The position numbers were made by a program, and so were the translations under genes. A stretch of DNA of 64,000 bases from Euglena gracilis (taxonomy: Eukaryota), in assembly GCA_039621445.1 (NCBI GenBank), contig CP154954.1, positions 44,991,847 through 45,055,846 on the forward strand, in the 5' to 3' direction. A model generated the notes under the pieces. It saw only the letters and a list, made by a program, of their open reading frames with translations. It did no database searches and was not told where the DNA came from. This document shows positions 23,601 through 60,266 of the stretch, one piece after another. Position 1 is the stretch's first letter; each line of letters opens with the position of its first letter.

Positions 23601-26600
23601 GTCCCGGTGGAGCCACGCCACAATGGTCAGGGCCCCATGTGGAGAAATATCTCACTCAGGTTCAGAAAAATTTGATTATTGAGAAACTAGCATTTGTGAA
23701 TTGCCCACCTCTGACGAAAGCCGGCCCATTATTCTGCTCAGCATCCAACCACGCTTCGCGGGAACTCTTTGCGATCAATGATCAGCCGTGTGGTGAGGTC
23801 TGCCAGTCGCCTTTGCAAGAACCTTGCCCAGCTAGGTGCAGGCCCTACACCACAGGCTGCCAGGCCCCCATACTGTCAGGCCAGACCGCGCCTGTTGCAC
23901 CGCATGGCAGTCTGACACAGCATTCACATGCACAAAAAAGACACTTGCATGATTTGGGTTGGTATTTCATCGGGGAAATGGTCCCAGGACACAAAGTGCT
24001 GTCTGCATAGGGGGGGGGGGGGCATTTTTTACATCCTGGGAGGGGAAGACGTTGTTTGTCCCCCACGGTCCGCAGTGTCGCATGGGCCCCCCGAAGCGTG
24101 GTCGCCCCCCCCCCCCGGCCACGACAAAGCCGCTGACCGGGGCGACGCCGGCCCCGGGGAGGCGGTGCTTTCCGGCCCGGCGGCGTGGCCCGGCCAGTGG
24201 CCGCTGCCCCCGCTGCTGGCGGAGGCGCTGCGGGCCCGGGCGTCCTCCCGCCCTCCCACCTGTGGGGTGGGGGGCCTCGGTGGGACTGTGGACCGGTGCA
24301 TGGCGGGGGGGGGGGTGGACCTCCCAATTAGGTTGTGGTTCGGTAGGGCTCTCACCCTGCAGGCCGGGTTGTGCAGCAGCAGACCCCCCCACCCCCATCC
24401 TGGTGGTAGGGGGGGAGGTATGGCAGGCCTTCCCGTATTTCCAGGGGCGCCGATTTACAGGTCAAAATTTCCCTTCAATGCCGAAGGAATTTTATTTGCG
24501 CAGATGCCATGGTGGGTAGGGGGGGGGGTCGACCCACCCCTCCCACCTCCCTTGTGGGGCGTCCGCCCCCCCCACCAGGCCTCCCCGCTCAGCCCTTGGA
24601 TTGCTGTGCGAGGTGGGTTGGGTCTCTTGCCCCCCCCCCTCCCACTCGCCCCCACACAGACGGGCCGAGGCGGGAGGGCTGCATTGGCCGCCACCCTTGA
24701 TCCTCCCCTCCGGCGGCCGTGGCTGCGGGATGGGGCACCGCGTTGCCCGAGCCCCGCACTGTGCGCCCCCGACCATCTCGACGATGAATGGCTTGGCCCG
24801 CCGCCGCCTCACCGTATCCCTCCTTCCCCCCCCCCCCCGCCCCCTCCCATGTTTTTCCACGTGCAAATTTCCTTTAACACCGAGGGAATTTCTGCAAAGA
24901 GGGAAAAAACACAAAGTTGGCCTGTGGCTCGGTGCTCACCAGCCGATTTTTTTGGCTGTTTCACTGCCCCCTCTCTACGCTTGAAATCAAATTCCCAGAG
25001 ACACATACCAATGCTGCTGGTGTGTCTGACCCCCCAAACAGCTGACTGGTTTTTGGCTCCAGACCACCGTTTCAACATCTGTGTGCCCCCCACCCCCAGG
25101 GTGGGGGTGGGTGGGTTTCCGAGAATAGGAACACCACATCCTCCCCGGAGTGTGGGGTGTGCACCAGGAGTCAGGTTTTGACGCGGCCGGCTAACGGCTA
25201 AATTTTTAGGTTTTGACGCGGCCGGCTAACGGCTGAATTTTTTTCAAGGGTTTCTGGAGGAGTTTGTGTGGGTTTTGGGTTTGGTGGGTGGCTGGTTGAC
25301 CCTCCCGGGGAAGGAAAGCAGGCTTGTGCTTAGTCGGGTGCCTACCCCACGGGGGGGGGGTGCTAGGGGCAGGCACTCCTTAGCGCCCGATCCGACCCCC
25401 CCGGGGGGGGTAGGATTTTGGGGGGTGCCTGCCCATAGCAGGCACTCCCCTCAGACCCCGGCGCCCTCGGCGCCGGGGGCCCCGAAAAGGCCATTTCAAT
25501 AAAAATTTTCTGGGTCCCCCCGGACCCCTACCCCTCCCCCCCCCCCGGGGGTGTGCCTGCTAGGGGCAGACACCCCCTCCGGTCAGACAGCACAAACATG
25601 AAAGGGAGGGTCCTGGGTGTTAGATAAATCGTGGGGGGGGGGAGGGGTGGGGCCAGGGGAAGTTGCCCCCTCCGCCTCCCCCCCTGCCCACGGACAACCC
25701 CTGGGCGAGGGTTGCCGGCCGGTGGCTGTTTAACTTGGAAGACCCCAGGGGGGGGGGGGGCTGAATGCGGGGAGGGGGGAATTGCCTGCCCCCCAGCAGC
25801 ACCAATCCCCAGGGTTGGGTGGGAAGCTCCGCAGACATGAGGTGGGTGGTAGGGGGGGGGGCTCCGAGATTCCCATGCCAGCCTGCCCATCCCCACCCCC
25901 ACCCCAACCCCCCGCCCTGGACGGCCCTCTCTGGCCCCCTCCTCTCGCCCCTGAGGGGGCGGCGGCCCCCCCGGCCCCCGGCGTGCCCCGGGGCCAACCC
26001 CGCCCCACCCCCATCTGCACTGCGCCGCTCCCCCGCCCCTCCCCCTAAGGGGAGGGCGGGGGCCGCTGAGGAGTATGGCCGCCGCCCGGCATGGCCGGCC
26101 GGCGGCCCCCGCACCGCATCGCTTCAGCCGGCGGCCCCACTGGGGCCTGATGGGGGGGGGGGGCGGGGCGGGGCGGGGGACGGGAGCGGCCGGGCAAGCA
26201 ACGCCGCTGATGTGGCACGCAGTGGGGGGGGGACGGGTAGGTTCCCCCTTTCCCCTCTCATGAAGCTGTCCACCCCACGCGCAACCTAGGGGGCAATTTA
26301 AGGTTTGCAGTACTCCCCCAGGAGCTGGCTTGCAGCAAGTTTTAATTTGGTGGTGGAAATCCTGGTGGACCCTTCCCCCCAGGCGGGGCAGCTAACAGGG
26401 TTATCTAGTGGAATTATTTCTAAGTGGCCGGCACAAAGCGCAGGATAGGTTTGTTTCCCCCCCAAGCACACCAAAAAAGTTTATTCTGGCAATTTTTTGG
26501 ATTTTTAATGAAAATCAGCATTAAAACCCTATTTCCCTCGCCAAGCGGGGAATGTACGCAAGCCTCCCGCAAGCCTCCCGCCAAAGTTTTGTTTTTGCTC

Positions 26601-26831
26601 TCTGACTGCCCAGGCTGACCCTGGCGGGGTGGTGTAAGCACGGCCCCCATCTTCAAATCTTCGAATTAGTTCGAGCAAGCCCTCCCAGAGGACTCTTCAA
26701 CGACAGCCGTCTCGAGGTGGGGCGGTGCAGGCAGGCCGCCGGGTCGGTCCGGTCTTTCTCCGCCGCCCCCCGCACATCGCCGTCATTCTGTCAAAGCACA
26801 ACGCGCTCGGCCCTGGCTTCGCCTGCGTTAG
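11667..26831 (+). CDS. Spliced gene B: predicted secreted protein with Cys-rich domain and long His/Glu/Lys/Gly tandem-repeat region
   Basis: ATG at 11667 starts a signal-peptide-like MTAAWGILLWFISHAVWG. Exons: 11667-~11838, ~13010-13158 (WSGGGRQPCLDDCLAMRSFAGCPPLPDACRRCLGVCYEVPGSNAACIAR), ~13955-14011, ~15497-15559, 16657-16755, 17328-17390, 18499-18591, 19762-19995, 20509-21612, 23211-23321, 24141-24233 (PPLLAEALR), 24756-~24800 (DDEWLG), ~25915-26121 (WTALSGPLL…EEYGRRPA), tentative last exon 26751-26831. Central exons join in frame through paired N3-CAG…CTG-N5-type ends. The 11840-13010 part and the 3' end are uncertain. Confidence 0.7.
12131..12764. mobile_element. MITE with 24-bp TIR, 7-bp TSD and internal TTCCGCAT repeats, nested in another TIR element (~12038-12878)
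   Basis: CAGGGGGGGGGAAATTATGCGGTC…GACCGCATAATTTCCCCCCCCTG; TATGGCC at 12124-12130 and 12765-12771. Confidence 0.85.
13187..13590. mobile_element. hAT-like MITE
   Basis: Perfect 17-bp TIR CAGGCTTTTGCTTAAGG; perfect 8-bp TSD GTCCTCGT (13179-13186, 13591-13598). Second copy at 59115-~59521. Confidence 0.92.
13635..13875. mobile_element. TA-flanked MITE with poly-C/poly-G termini (CnGG(G/A)AAACTGTCA family)
   Basis: Inverted termini flanked by TA, with internal ACCTGTCAGGGTC repeats; near-identical copy at 61653-61920. Confidence 0.85.
18710..19126. mobile_element. hAT-like MITE
   Basis: Perfect 18-bp TIR CAGGGTTCGATATAAGGA; perfect 8-bp TSD GTTTACCC (18702-18709, 19127-19134). Confidence 0.92.
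20541..21510 (+). repeat. Coding minisatellite, 27-bp unit x ~36, encoding HEEH(K/R)EG(E/Q)R
   Basis: CAC GAA GAG CAC A(A/G)G GAA GG(A/C) GAG CGC; the frame is fixed by the flanking splice junctions and by related neighbouring exons. Confidence 0.95.
21867..22132. mobile_element. hAT-like MITE
   Basis: Perfect 16-bp TIR CAGGCTTCTTTTTAAG; TSD ATCAGAGT/GTCAGAGT (7/8). Confidence 0.9.
22771..23179. mobile_element. Degenerate hAT-like MITE
   Basis: Ends CGGGGGTTTTC…GAAAACCCCTG; TSD GTCTGGGT/CTCTGGGT (7/8). Confidence 0.75.
25319..25600. mobile_element. MITE, CAGGCTTGTGCT family
   Basis: CAGGCTTGTGCT…AGCACAAACATG; body homologous to 50220-50512; TSD decayed. Confidence 0.75.
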
Positions 26832-29681
26832 CATGTGTTGCCCCCTTCACAAAGCTGTCCACCCCCTCACGCTGCCTGGTTGGGGGTTTGGGCTTCTCCT
26901 TAAGGGTTCGCAGTACGCTCCCCAGGGCTCGGTTGCAGCTTGTCCAAATAGGGTTGTGCAAATCCTGGTTGCCCCTCCAGTAGAAATGTGTTCTACGTCT
27001 GCTTTTTTGGCATGTGCGCATTCGCCGACGTTTGCCTGGTGCCACAAAAAGCACTGCCTGCCACAGTTTGGGTTTTGGGGTGCCCATCACCGAGGAATTT
27101 CGCCGGGCACTGGAGTCCCTCTCTCAGCCGTTTTCCCACGGTGCGACACAGTAGAATGAACAGCAGCAGAACGGAGAAAATTCTGGGTTCAGCTAATTCA
27201 GGCAATGCTTTTTTGTGATGTGCCTGTGCCTGACTCACGGTCTCAAGGGGCCGGAGAAACTTTGGGACAGGGACTGACCAATGGTTTTCACTTCTTTGAA
27301 CCCATTTGGATCGTGAAATAATTCCGCGTTTTATGGACCGCTTTTTTGGGAGTGGTGCCAAAGGTGCCGACAGGCATGTTTCGCAGTCCATCCAACGCAC
27401 TGAACAGCGTGTGGGGAATCAGACACGATCCCCAGCGTTGACCCTGGTCGTGGGGCACAGTGCTCCTGGCACCGTGCACCGCAGCCCAACGTGAGGTTGT
27501 TCAGAGGATGGTTGGCTGTGTGTTGCTGTGCACGCCCTGGGGCTTGGGGTTGGACAACACTGGCATGGATTCACCCATCACCTCCGCAGGGCGGGGGACG
27601 GTGTGCATGTGCGTTGTGATGTGCTCCGCTCTACATGTTTATGAGAGCAGCACCAGGGCTGGGCACTGGACAGCGGTGGGTGACCCGGAATGCGCAGATG
27701 CGCATTCTGATTTATCCGATGATTTGAGCTGCAGGGGATGGTCTCCTGTTACTCTGTTACTGAAAGGACGTGAATGTGTTTGTGGCGCCTGCCATCGCCG
27801 AGCCCACGGTTTTCCACGCCGCTGCAGGTGTCGGGTTTCATCGTGTGGCCAGGCGCAGCGATACTCCTGCCAAGGATGACTCTCCTGGTTCACCTCCTTT
27901 CAGACCCCCATGTTCTGCACGACCAAGGCCATATCCCAGTCGTGCACACATTGGATCCAAGACAGGCAAACAACGGTGTGTTCCAGTGTGTCTTTCAACA
28001 TCAATGCTTGGGGGTGCATTCCCGCTTCCCGCGGCTTGTGTCCATTCCAAAAATGCGCACCTGCGCCTTTTCTTGGGGTTCCAAAACGGTGCATGTGCGC
28101 ATTTTCCGGACTTGGGACTCTGTTGCAGTCCTGTTGTTTCTTCGCCCCTGGGAGGGCTGTGTCCCTATGGCCGCAGGAAGTTCCTTCCCACGCTCACCCC
28201 CAGGTCTCCAGGCCCTGCCACTGGGAACCATCAGCACGCACCAGTGAACACACAGTGATAAATCCACGTCGGGGTTGGCCTGCGTCGCCCATGTTCCACA
28301 TGCCATGTGGAGCGTGCCACGTGTTTGTCCAGCCACGCACTGTGCTGCAGTCATCGCGAACAGCTGCAAATGGGATGACACGCAGCAAAACCAGAAATGA
28401 GGGGATGGGCCTTGTGGTCATATTAAACTTAAAAAGCCCAGTTCTGAGGAGTTTTCACCCAGTTCCAAGGCTTTTTTTCCATCACAAAATCATCATTAAA
28501 ATAGAAAAATGGCCCCAAAATGGCTCGAAATGGTCGAAAACCGTCCGAAAATGGCTGCTTGATAGGCTGAAATGGCGCCACTTTGCCTGGTGGGGTTCTA
28601 AACATCACCAGAAAATGGCCCTGTCCCAGAAAACCACATAGCGTGTTTAGGCATGTTTTGGAACATTTTCTGTGCATTTGGGACATTTTTAGCACATATT
28701 TGAGGCTGAATTTGGCGCATATCCCCCCCCCCTGCCTTGGGGGAATCGCGACAAGATTTTTTCTTTTTTAAACCTGCAAGGGGGTCCAGCCTGACCCGAA
28801 CTGGGGGTCACAGAAGGGGTCCATTTCTTGCGTGATGTTTTTATCATTGGGCTCCATGTGCTGCGATATGAGGTTGCCACCCAGGCTTCTGCTCAGTTTT
28901 CAGGTGCAGGGAAATCCCTTATGAACAAAATTTTCACTGGTAAAAAGGGCATTTTGAGGGTTTCAGGCTGTCACCTCAAGATTTTGTCTCAGACATTGCT
29001 ACCCAGCTGGAGGTGTGTCTTTTTTTGCTTCTGCCAGTTTTTGGGCACCTGTCAGGGGGTCCAGCCAGCACCCTTTTCCAGCCGCCGGCTGGACCCCCCC
29101 CACCCCCCCCCTTCAGGCCCCAAAGCAATCCCATGGTCAAGCCATGGTCGAGTGACGCCAAGTGACGACCCCCCCCCAATTGGGGTAACCCCCCCCAATA
29201 GCAGGGCATGCCCTCTACAAGAGCAGGGTCCAAATAGTAGAGCAGCCCCCCTCTGGCGAAGCGAGCGTCCACCACAAGAGCACCCCCTGGAAAACCAATG
29301 GAAGCAGAAGCAAGGCACGCCATTCCATGTGATTGTGGCAAGGTTTGTAACATGCCTCAAAAAGGCAAGCTTCCCAGAGCTCAGCGGCTGAACAATTCCT
29401 CCAACCTCGGCTGCCGTTTGCGCTTGGCTGCCGGTTTAGGTGGAGGAAGGGAGGCTGAGGGGACCGGAAACTGACTGGGTGCTGGAACGCTGTAGGAAAA
29501 TGTGTGTGATGTCCACCACAAGAGCAGGGTCCAAATAGAAGAGCACCCCCTCTCTGGCGAAGCGAGCGTCCACTACAAGAGCACCCGCTCTACAATTAGG
29601 GGGGGTTACAACAACGTTTTGTTCCACACACCAGATGTGCGTGCCCGGCGCACATTTTGTCCGGGTGGGCGGCTGGCCTGG

Positions 29682-29706
29682 CCCCCTCGCCCTCTCCCTC
29701 CCGCAG
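29682..29706 (+). promoter_or_regulatory. Putative spliced-leader trans-splice acceptor of protease 1
   Basis: ccccctcgccctctccctcccgcAG, 14 nt before ATG 29721. Confidence 0.55.
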
Positions 29707-29720
29707 ACCCCCGGCCGGCG

Positions 29721-42297
<12,577 letters not shown>

Positions 42298-44847
42298 GCC
42301 TGCGGCGGCGGCGGCGCGGCCTGCCCCCTCCCCCCCTTCCCGGCAGGGGGCGGGGGAGGCGTTGAGGCACGCACTCTGACTAAATATTTCATACCCCTCC
42401 TTTGAGAGTCCTTTGCGGGCAGAGGAGTTGGTTTCCTTTTCCCGGGGTTGGGGGCCACCCACAGAAGTCTCAGGGGCATGACCATTTAGTTCCCCTGTGC
42501 CCCCCAACGTCCAACGACCCCTTCCCCCCGGTCAGAGAACAGAGGTTGCCGGGGGGCACAACGCCCTGGCCTGTCCCGCCAAATTCGCAATGCGTTGGTG
42601 TTTTGGGTTGTATTCGTTGGGTGGTTTTTGCAGTGAATGCAAAATGGGCGTTGCCTTTCTCCCATGCAGTGCCACACCCCTGCGGCACCTTTCGGCTGGC
42701 CTCCATGTCGGCCGGCATTGCCACCACCCCCGTCCGCATCGATGCCCTGCCCACGGCTGGCCGCCGAAGGGAAGCGAAGGGAAGGGGGAAGGGATCTGTG
42801 GGTCACACACACCGCCTCACTGCAGGGGCCCAATGCACGCACACGGGGTGTGTTTTCCAGGTTGCCAGTTGAAACAGGCTGACACATAATCACTTGACTC
42901 ATTGCTTCACATCGCAAGAAGAGGAAAATCTGAAAAAGAGTGAGGGGGAATTCAGCATTTGGGGCTTTGCCCTAATAATTGCACAGTGCCCCATAGGTGC
43001 ACCCCTTGGGTCTGAAACTTCGTCCTTGAAATGTGCACACCCGTGCACTGTTTTGGGGGGTCCATGGTTTCAGCAGACGTTTGTGTGGTGTTTTCGAACT
43101 GCAGCCTAACCTTCCCGTGTGCACACCCCCCCCGGGGGGGGTGGGGGCGGCGCTGGTCTCACTGGAAATACCCCCCCCCAGGCAGCCGTCACCTGGTGAT
43201 TTGCCAGGGGACCACTTCCCAGGGTTGGTGGGCATTTGTCCTACCACCGCCTGACCGCCTCCAAGCAACCTTGCCCGCCGGCCCTGCCAGCCCCCAACGC
43301 CAGCCCCGACGACTGCTGCCGCCCGGTGGCCAGGGGGTGGCCAGGGCAGGGGGTGCCCTGGGACCGGGACCCCGGGGGGGGGGGGGGGGGGGCTGAACCA
43401 ACCCAATGGGAACGTGGCCAAACCCTGCCGGTGGCCCCACCGCCTCCCAGCCCTCGACCTCACTGCAGTCAGACACCGCACCCGGTAGGCTGCCAGGGGG
43501 GAGGGCCGGACTGTGACCAATGCTGGGGGGGGGACATTCTTCAGGGGGGCATTTATCCCTTTTCTTCTTATTTGCTGTGTTCCATGTTTTTTCTTTTTGG
43601 GGAGGAACAGAGGAGGTTGCGGGACGGTAAGAGTTCAGAAAACACCCCAAGAGAGGTTGCGAATTGAAAGTCAAATCCCAAATTAAGGTTCAATTTGGGT
43701 TGTTGGGGGAGTCGAATCTCTCATTTTATTTGCACAATTCCATATTGTCCTGTTTAAGAGAATTTCGATTAATATAATTAATTAATTGAACCATTTGGTG
43801 TCGCTTTGGGCCGACTTCATTCATGTTAAGTCGGCTATTTTTAGGTCATCTGGGCCATCTTGGGGCACTTTTGGGGCATTTTGGTCCAGTATTTCAGGTC
43901 CTATTCCTTTCCAATTTGGAATGGATGCCCACAGCAGCTATTTTTTCACTTGTCCTCCGCATTTTTTACGCACAATCCCACATGAGTACCGCTTAATCCC
44001 GTGTAATTCCAAAAAAATATCCGCACCATCCCCCCCCCCCTGTTGCTCCCGCCAGCACCATATTTTTTTTTACTTCCACCTGGCACTGGTTCACGAGCCC
44101 CGAATGATTGAATGCTGAATCCGTCACGGAACCTGTGGGACGGGGCAACCAGCGGTCCGGTCCTCCGGCCCCCGTCGAGGCTGGCGAGTTCCCCCTCCGC
44201 CCATCGCATCGTTGCCTGCCTCCTCTGCTGGCCTCTCGCATCGCGGCCTCCCCCCTCCGACCCCCCTCCCTGCCGATCCCCGGCCTGGGCCGCTGGGCTT
44301 GCAGTCCCCCCCCAATTGCCTCATGTGGTGTATCGTTCTGTTGGATACCGGTGGGGTCCCCCGATGGTTCCACCCTCGCCCCCCATCCCCCTCAACGCCA
44401 TTTTGGGTTGGCTCGCATGGCCGCCCGCCGTGCCCCAGAAGCCATGGCGGAGCGGAAGTGGCCCCGTAGAGTCTTGGGGGAGGGGGGCTGCGGGGGGGGC
44501 GACAAGCGGCCGGGGGTTTGCCGGGCCGGTTGCCCGCGCCGCCGCTCCCCTGTGTCGGGGGGCTTCCCGCCTGGGCCCTCCCAGGCGGGGCGCCCGTTGG
44601 GCTGCCCCCGTGGCCCCCGGCCCCTCCCTCCCTCTTTGTTCGGCGCTGCACGGCGCTGCCCCACCCGGGGGAATTCCCCTCCACTCCACGTCTGACCACG
44701 CACCACCGCCCTCGAAGTACGGAGCCCCTATGGGGTCGAGGATTTGGGTCAACTTTGTTCGAGCCAGCCCAAAGTTTCAGCCTCTGAGCCCCCCCCCCCC
44801 GGGTGGGGTTGCCAGTGCAAATTCGCTGCTCCTGTGTGCACCTGCTT

Positions 44848-45450
44848 AACACACAACGCAGAACGCACACACAACACACCCCACACAAGGCAACACAAGG
44901 CGGACAACCCACACTTCAACACAACACAACACACCACAACACAACACAACACAACACAACACTAACTACACAAACATCACAACACCACACAAACACCACC
45001 ACACAACATCAACAACAACAACCACACCACAACACAACCACACAACACAACCCAACACAACACACCAACCAACACATATACTCACACAAACCACACAACA
45101 CAACACAACACACACAACACAACACAACACAACACAACACAACACACACAACCACAACACCAACAAACAACACACACATATATCTACACAACACCACAAC
45201 ACCACACAAACAACACCAACACAACACACCAACACAACACACCAACACAACACAACACAACACACAAACAGAACACAAACCACAACACACACATACATCC
45301 TATAACTACTACACAAACACCCCCCTTTGCGCACACAACATTGACCCATTAACATTCACACTCCGCTCCCCCACTCTCGCACACACACACATCCTTCCCC
45401 ACAATGCATGCACAGAACACACACTTCCACACATGCACAGAACACACACA
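44848..45450. repeat. Degenerate CA/CAA low-complexity tract
   Basis: Directly visible; intergenic. Confidence 0.9.
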
Positions 45451-46551
45451 GGATGGGAATCCTCCTGCCCAGCCCCAGGGCTTCGCAATTCTCTCCCACC
45501 CCACCCCCACACTGCCAAGTGGGTGCTGCTCTCTGCACAGCTGCCCAGCAGCGTGTTCCATGTGCGGCGTTCCCCTGGATCTTGGCCGACGTCCTTCTTG
45601 GTGCTCTCTGAGGAGGAGGCACACAGAAGATTTGCAGTTTGAAGTTGATTTACATCATAGCATAGTGCGTTTACATTTACATCGCAGTATAGTATGATCA
45701 TATTTACACCACAATGTAGTACCCTCCCCACGCTCCGGGAAACTGTCCTCCGGGAAACTGTCCTCACCCCCTGTGCCCGCTAACCTGTCCTCATAGGGAC
45801 CTGTGTCCTACCCTTGCACTAAGGCGGCACATCTCGCACTTAAGCTTTTTTTGGTTGGTGTGCGCATTTTTGCACACGTCCAGAATTTTAATTTTGGCAT
45901 CGGCGTTAAAATAGGTGAGAGCGAGAGGGAGCACGATTGGACAAAATCCGAGTGAATTACCATTTTTGGCCCCAGCTCTCCCAGGAATTATGTGATTTTT
46001 GCAGGTTTTTTTTTGTGCTCGGAATGACACGAAAACCCCCGGACCTATCCCCTCAAAATGGCCAAAATGGGGGGGAACACCGGGAAAAAAAGCCAAAATC
46101 CCGGGACCGCAACCTCCCCTTCCTTTGTGGGAACGACATTTTTTTACGCAGACCAGACTGCCAAAAACCCAAAAATGGCAGAGTGTTGCAGGACATGGAG
46201 GAAGCCGGGATTTTGACAGGCAGGATGCCTGAGAGCAGGTGTCACCCAGCATATGTGTTTAGAACTCTCCAATGGCCGTCTCATTAACTTAGGATATTTG
46301 ACTGAACGATTTGGGGAGGTGTGCCGAAGCCTAAAACGATACCCTTGGCTGTGTCAGAAATTGGTGGTCGGTGTGGGCAAATGCGCAATGGACGGTGTGC
46401 GCAAATGCGAACACCAACCATTTGCCTAATTGTGAAAAGGGCCATGTGTGCCAGCTGCGATTGGGGTGTTTGTGAAATTGTACAAGTGGGTGTTTTTTTG
46501 TGCAAATGTGAAAAGTCTGTTTGTTCGGTTTGCGCAGCTGCGCACACCAAC

Positions 46552-46669
46552 CAGGCTGTGTTTTAGTCGGGTGCCGACCCCACCCCGGGAGGGGGGGTGC
46601 CTGCCTGGGCAGGCACTCACAGGCACTCCGGACCCCCCCCCCCGGCCGGGGTGGGTAAAAAACAGCCTG
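46552..46669. mobile_element. 118-bp hAT-like MITE
   Basis: CAGGCTGTGTTTTA…TAAAAAACAGCCTG; perfect TSD ACACCAAC (46544-46551, 46670-46677). Confidence 0.9.
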
Positions 46670-47921
46670 ACACCAACCATTTGTGCCACTGAGCACATGT
46701 GCCGCTTAGAAGGTGCGGCACCACAGCAGTTTCGAAATACTAAATGCGAGATATTTTGCACAATTTCAGTACAACTAAAGGACCAGCCCGCGGGCTTGAA
46801 TTTGGGCCATTGGCAATTGAGCATGTGAAAAACCATTTCTTAGCTCCTGAAACAGCAAAATGAACGGCACTTGCAGTTTTTGTCCTGAAAAACTGATTTC
46901 AAAGGTGCCCTCCACCCCTATTTGTTTAGTTCGACAATGAGGCACAGTACGCTGGCAAAAAGGAAAATGGGCGTGTCAGCTGGCTTGAGGATCCCTGTGT
47001 TCAGGTTGCCAATGCAATACACTGACACGCTTCATTTGACCCTCTCAGACATATTTTACAACACCACCACTTTGAGCACAACACTGCACACGCTGCTCTT
47101 CTCCCTTCCCGTTCTTCTCTTGTCTCAGAAGTCAGCAAAAAGAAAAACCTCCCAACCTCTGTCTCTTTTGGCACACCGGGGGGGGGGTCTGCGGTCCTGG
47201 AGGGCTCCCGGATCTGGCCTGGGGGGGGGGTTGTGGGCAGACCCTAGGGTCTGCCCACGGTCGCCAAAGGTCGCTATGGGTATTTCCTACTCAGTCTTTT
47301 TTGCATTGTAGCGGCGTAGGCAACTGTTCCAGGGCCCTAAAAAAAAAAATCCCTTGTGTGTGCAACACCTTTTGTGTGTATGTTGCGCTAATTTGCCGTG
47401 GAGCGCATTTTTTGACATCGACCCACCCACGACCTTTGGCGACCATGGCGACCTTTGGCGACCCTAGGGTCTGCCCACAACCCCCCCCCCCCCGGCCAAA
47501 TCTCCCCCCCGCCCTGGCGCACCCATCGGAAGGACGACGCTCGTGGGAAGAGTGCGGGCAGTTGCCACCGATGCCCTGTTTAGCCCAATGGGCCCCCATC
47601 CAGTCTGAGGGGAGGGGGGCCTTCTTCCAACCTCAACCCCCTCCCCCCCCCATCAACGAGTTTGATTTCTTTTCGGAAAATGCCCTCAGCGGCCCAGCAG
47701 TTAGATTGTGGGGGGTCCCTGGGGGGGGCACACGGCGCCTCCTCTGTGGTCTTGAGAAGAAGCGTGGGGGTGAGCAGCGTTTGCGGAATGTCCTCCTCCC
47801 ACGTCCCGGCGCCCCCCCTGAGTCGGCCCCGCTTGCCATCCGACACGGGCCTCCTCCGACGGGGGGAGGAGGCCGGCGGCGCGAGTGACAGACAGAAGGA
47901 GGACAGCGGCACTGCGCGGGG

Positions 47922-47934
47922 TCCTCCGCCGCAG
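47922..47934 (+). promoter_or_regulatory. Putative spliced-leader trans-splice acceptor of protease 2
   Basis: tcctccgccgcAG, 13 nt before ATG 47948; same position as in paralog 1. Confidence 0.5.
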
Positions 47935-47947
47935 GGCCCGTTGCCAA

Positions 47948-58927
<10,980 letters not shown>

Positions 58928-59114
58928 GCCTGTGTGGCCCATGCCTACGACCCCCCCGCCCACCGGGAATTGGAGCTCCAGGCCAGGGGATGGAGCGGTG
59001 GGCGGTGCCAGCCCCCGTCCGCTTCACGATGCTGATCCCCCTCCATGTTGGTCCGGCTTTCCGGTTGGGGGGCAGGCAAGGATGGCTAGGCTCAGCCAAT
59101 GCTTGACCCCCGAG

Positions 59115-59521
59115 CAGGCTTCTGCTTAAGGGATTGCAGTACCCCCCCCCCGGGGGGGGGGGGGGCTGGACTGCAGCTAGTCCAAATTTGGCTAGTGGGG
59201 TTCCTAGCACCCCCCCCGGGGGGGGGGGGGGGTCTGCTAGCAGGGCTAGCTAGTGGAAAAAATTTCCAGTGACCGGCGCAAAGCGCCGGAATTTTGGGGG
59301 GGGGGGGGGGCAAAAATGGCCCAAAATGCCCGTTTTTGGCAATCAGCCAAAAACCTATTAAAAACCTCATTTCCACCTCGGCGCGCAGCGCCGGAGGAAA
59401 ATTTTTTTCCAGTGGGGGGACCCCGGACCCCCCCCCCCCCGGGGGGCCCGCTAGTCCTTTTTTTCCAGTGTCTGGCCGATTGGCTCGCCAGTACCCCCCC
59501 CCTGGGGGTCCTTAAGCACTG
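59115..59521. mobile_element. MITE copy of the 13187-13590 family, right TIR damaged
   Basis: Colinear similarity along its whole length, starting CAGGCTTCTGCTTAAGGGATTGCAGTA. Confidence 0.8.
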
Positions 59522-59979
59522 CGTTGTAACGCTTTGAAACAAGCAGGGCAAGTCAAAACACTTTGAAAAAGCAGTCAACCTCCTCCTTGCATTCCTCCCC
59601 CCCCCCAATGTCAGCTCTAAGTTCGAATTCACCCCAGATTCCCCAGGTGTGGCAGGTCAGAAAAGGAACCAAAATATTGGGTCTATGCTTTCCGTTATTT
59701 TGGGCCTTTTGGCCAACCCCAAAGCCACTCAGTCACTTCAAACTTCAAACCTTCAAACCTTCACCCGGGACTGAAAACTAACCTGGGGGAGGGGGGTTCT
59801 GCATCCACTGAAAATAGCCTGGCTGGATTGAACCCTTCTCACCCCCTCCCTCGCCTTTGTCTGGCCTGCCCCACTCCTGCTTCCAGCCCGGGCGCTGCAG
59901 GGCCAACACATCCCCCCCTCGCCGCACTCCCACAACCACTGCGGACCCCAGCGGGGATGGTGGTGTGGATGGCTGCAGG

Positions 59980-60266
59980 CAGACCCCCTCCCCCGCGGGG
60001 AGGGGGGAGGATGGGCGGGTCCCTTGGACCCCCTCCCCCCCCCCCCGGGAGGGGGTAGGGGCTGGTGGGTATATCTTTTTCGGTGCCAAATGCGCCGAGA
60101 AGTTTGAAGAATTTGCTATTTTTAGCATTTTGGCCGTTTTCGGACAAAAAAAAGTGGGTGGGTCCCCCGGGAACCCCTCCCCCAGGGGGGGCCCACCCCA
60201 GGGGGTGGGTGGGTGGGTGCTGACCCCCTCACACCTCCCCCCCCCGGTCTTAAAAAGAAACCCCTG
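59980..60266. mobile_element. hAT-like MITE with internally deleted left TIR
   Basis: CAG…CTTAAAAAGAAACCCCTG; perfect TSD GCTGCAGG (59972-59979, 60267-60274). Confidence 0.75.

Noticed and set aside
26990-28400. Stretch of unique sequence with several overlapping ORFs, considered as a transposase or reverse transcriptase remnant
   Set aside because: No recognisable DDE, RT or endonuclease motifs. No autonomous element is evident anywhere in the window.
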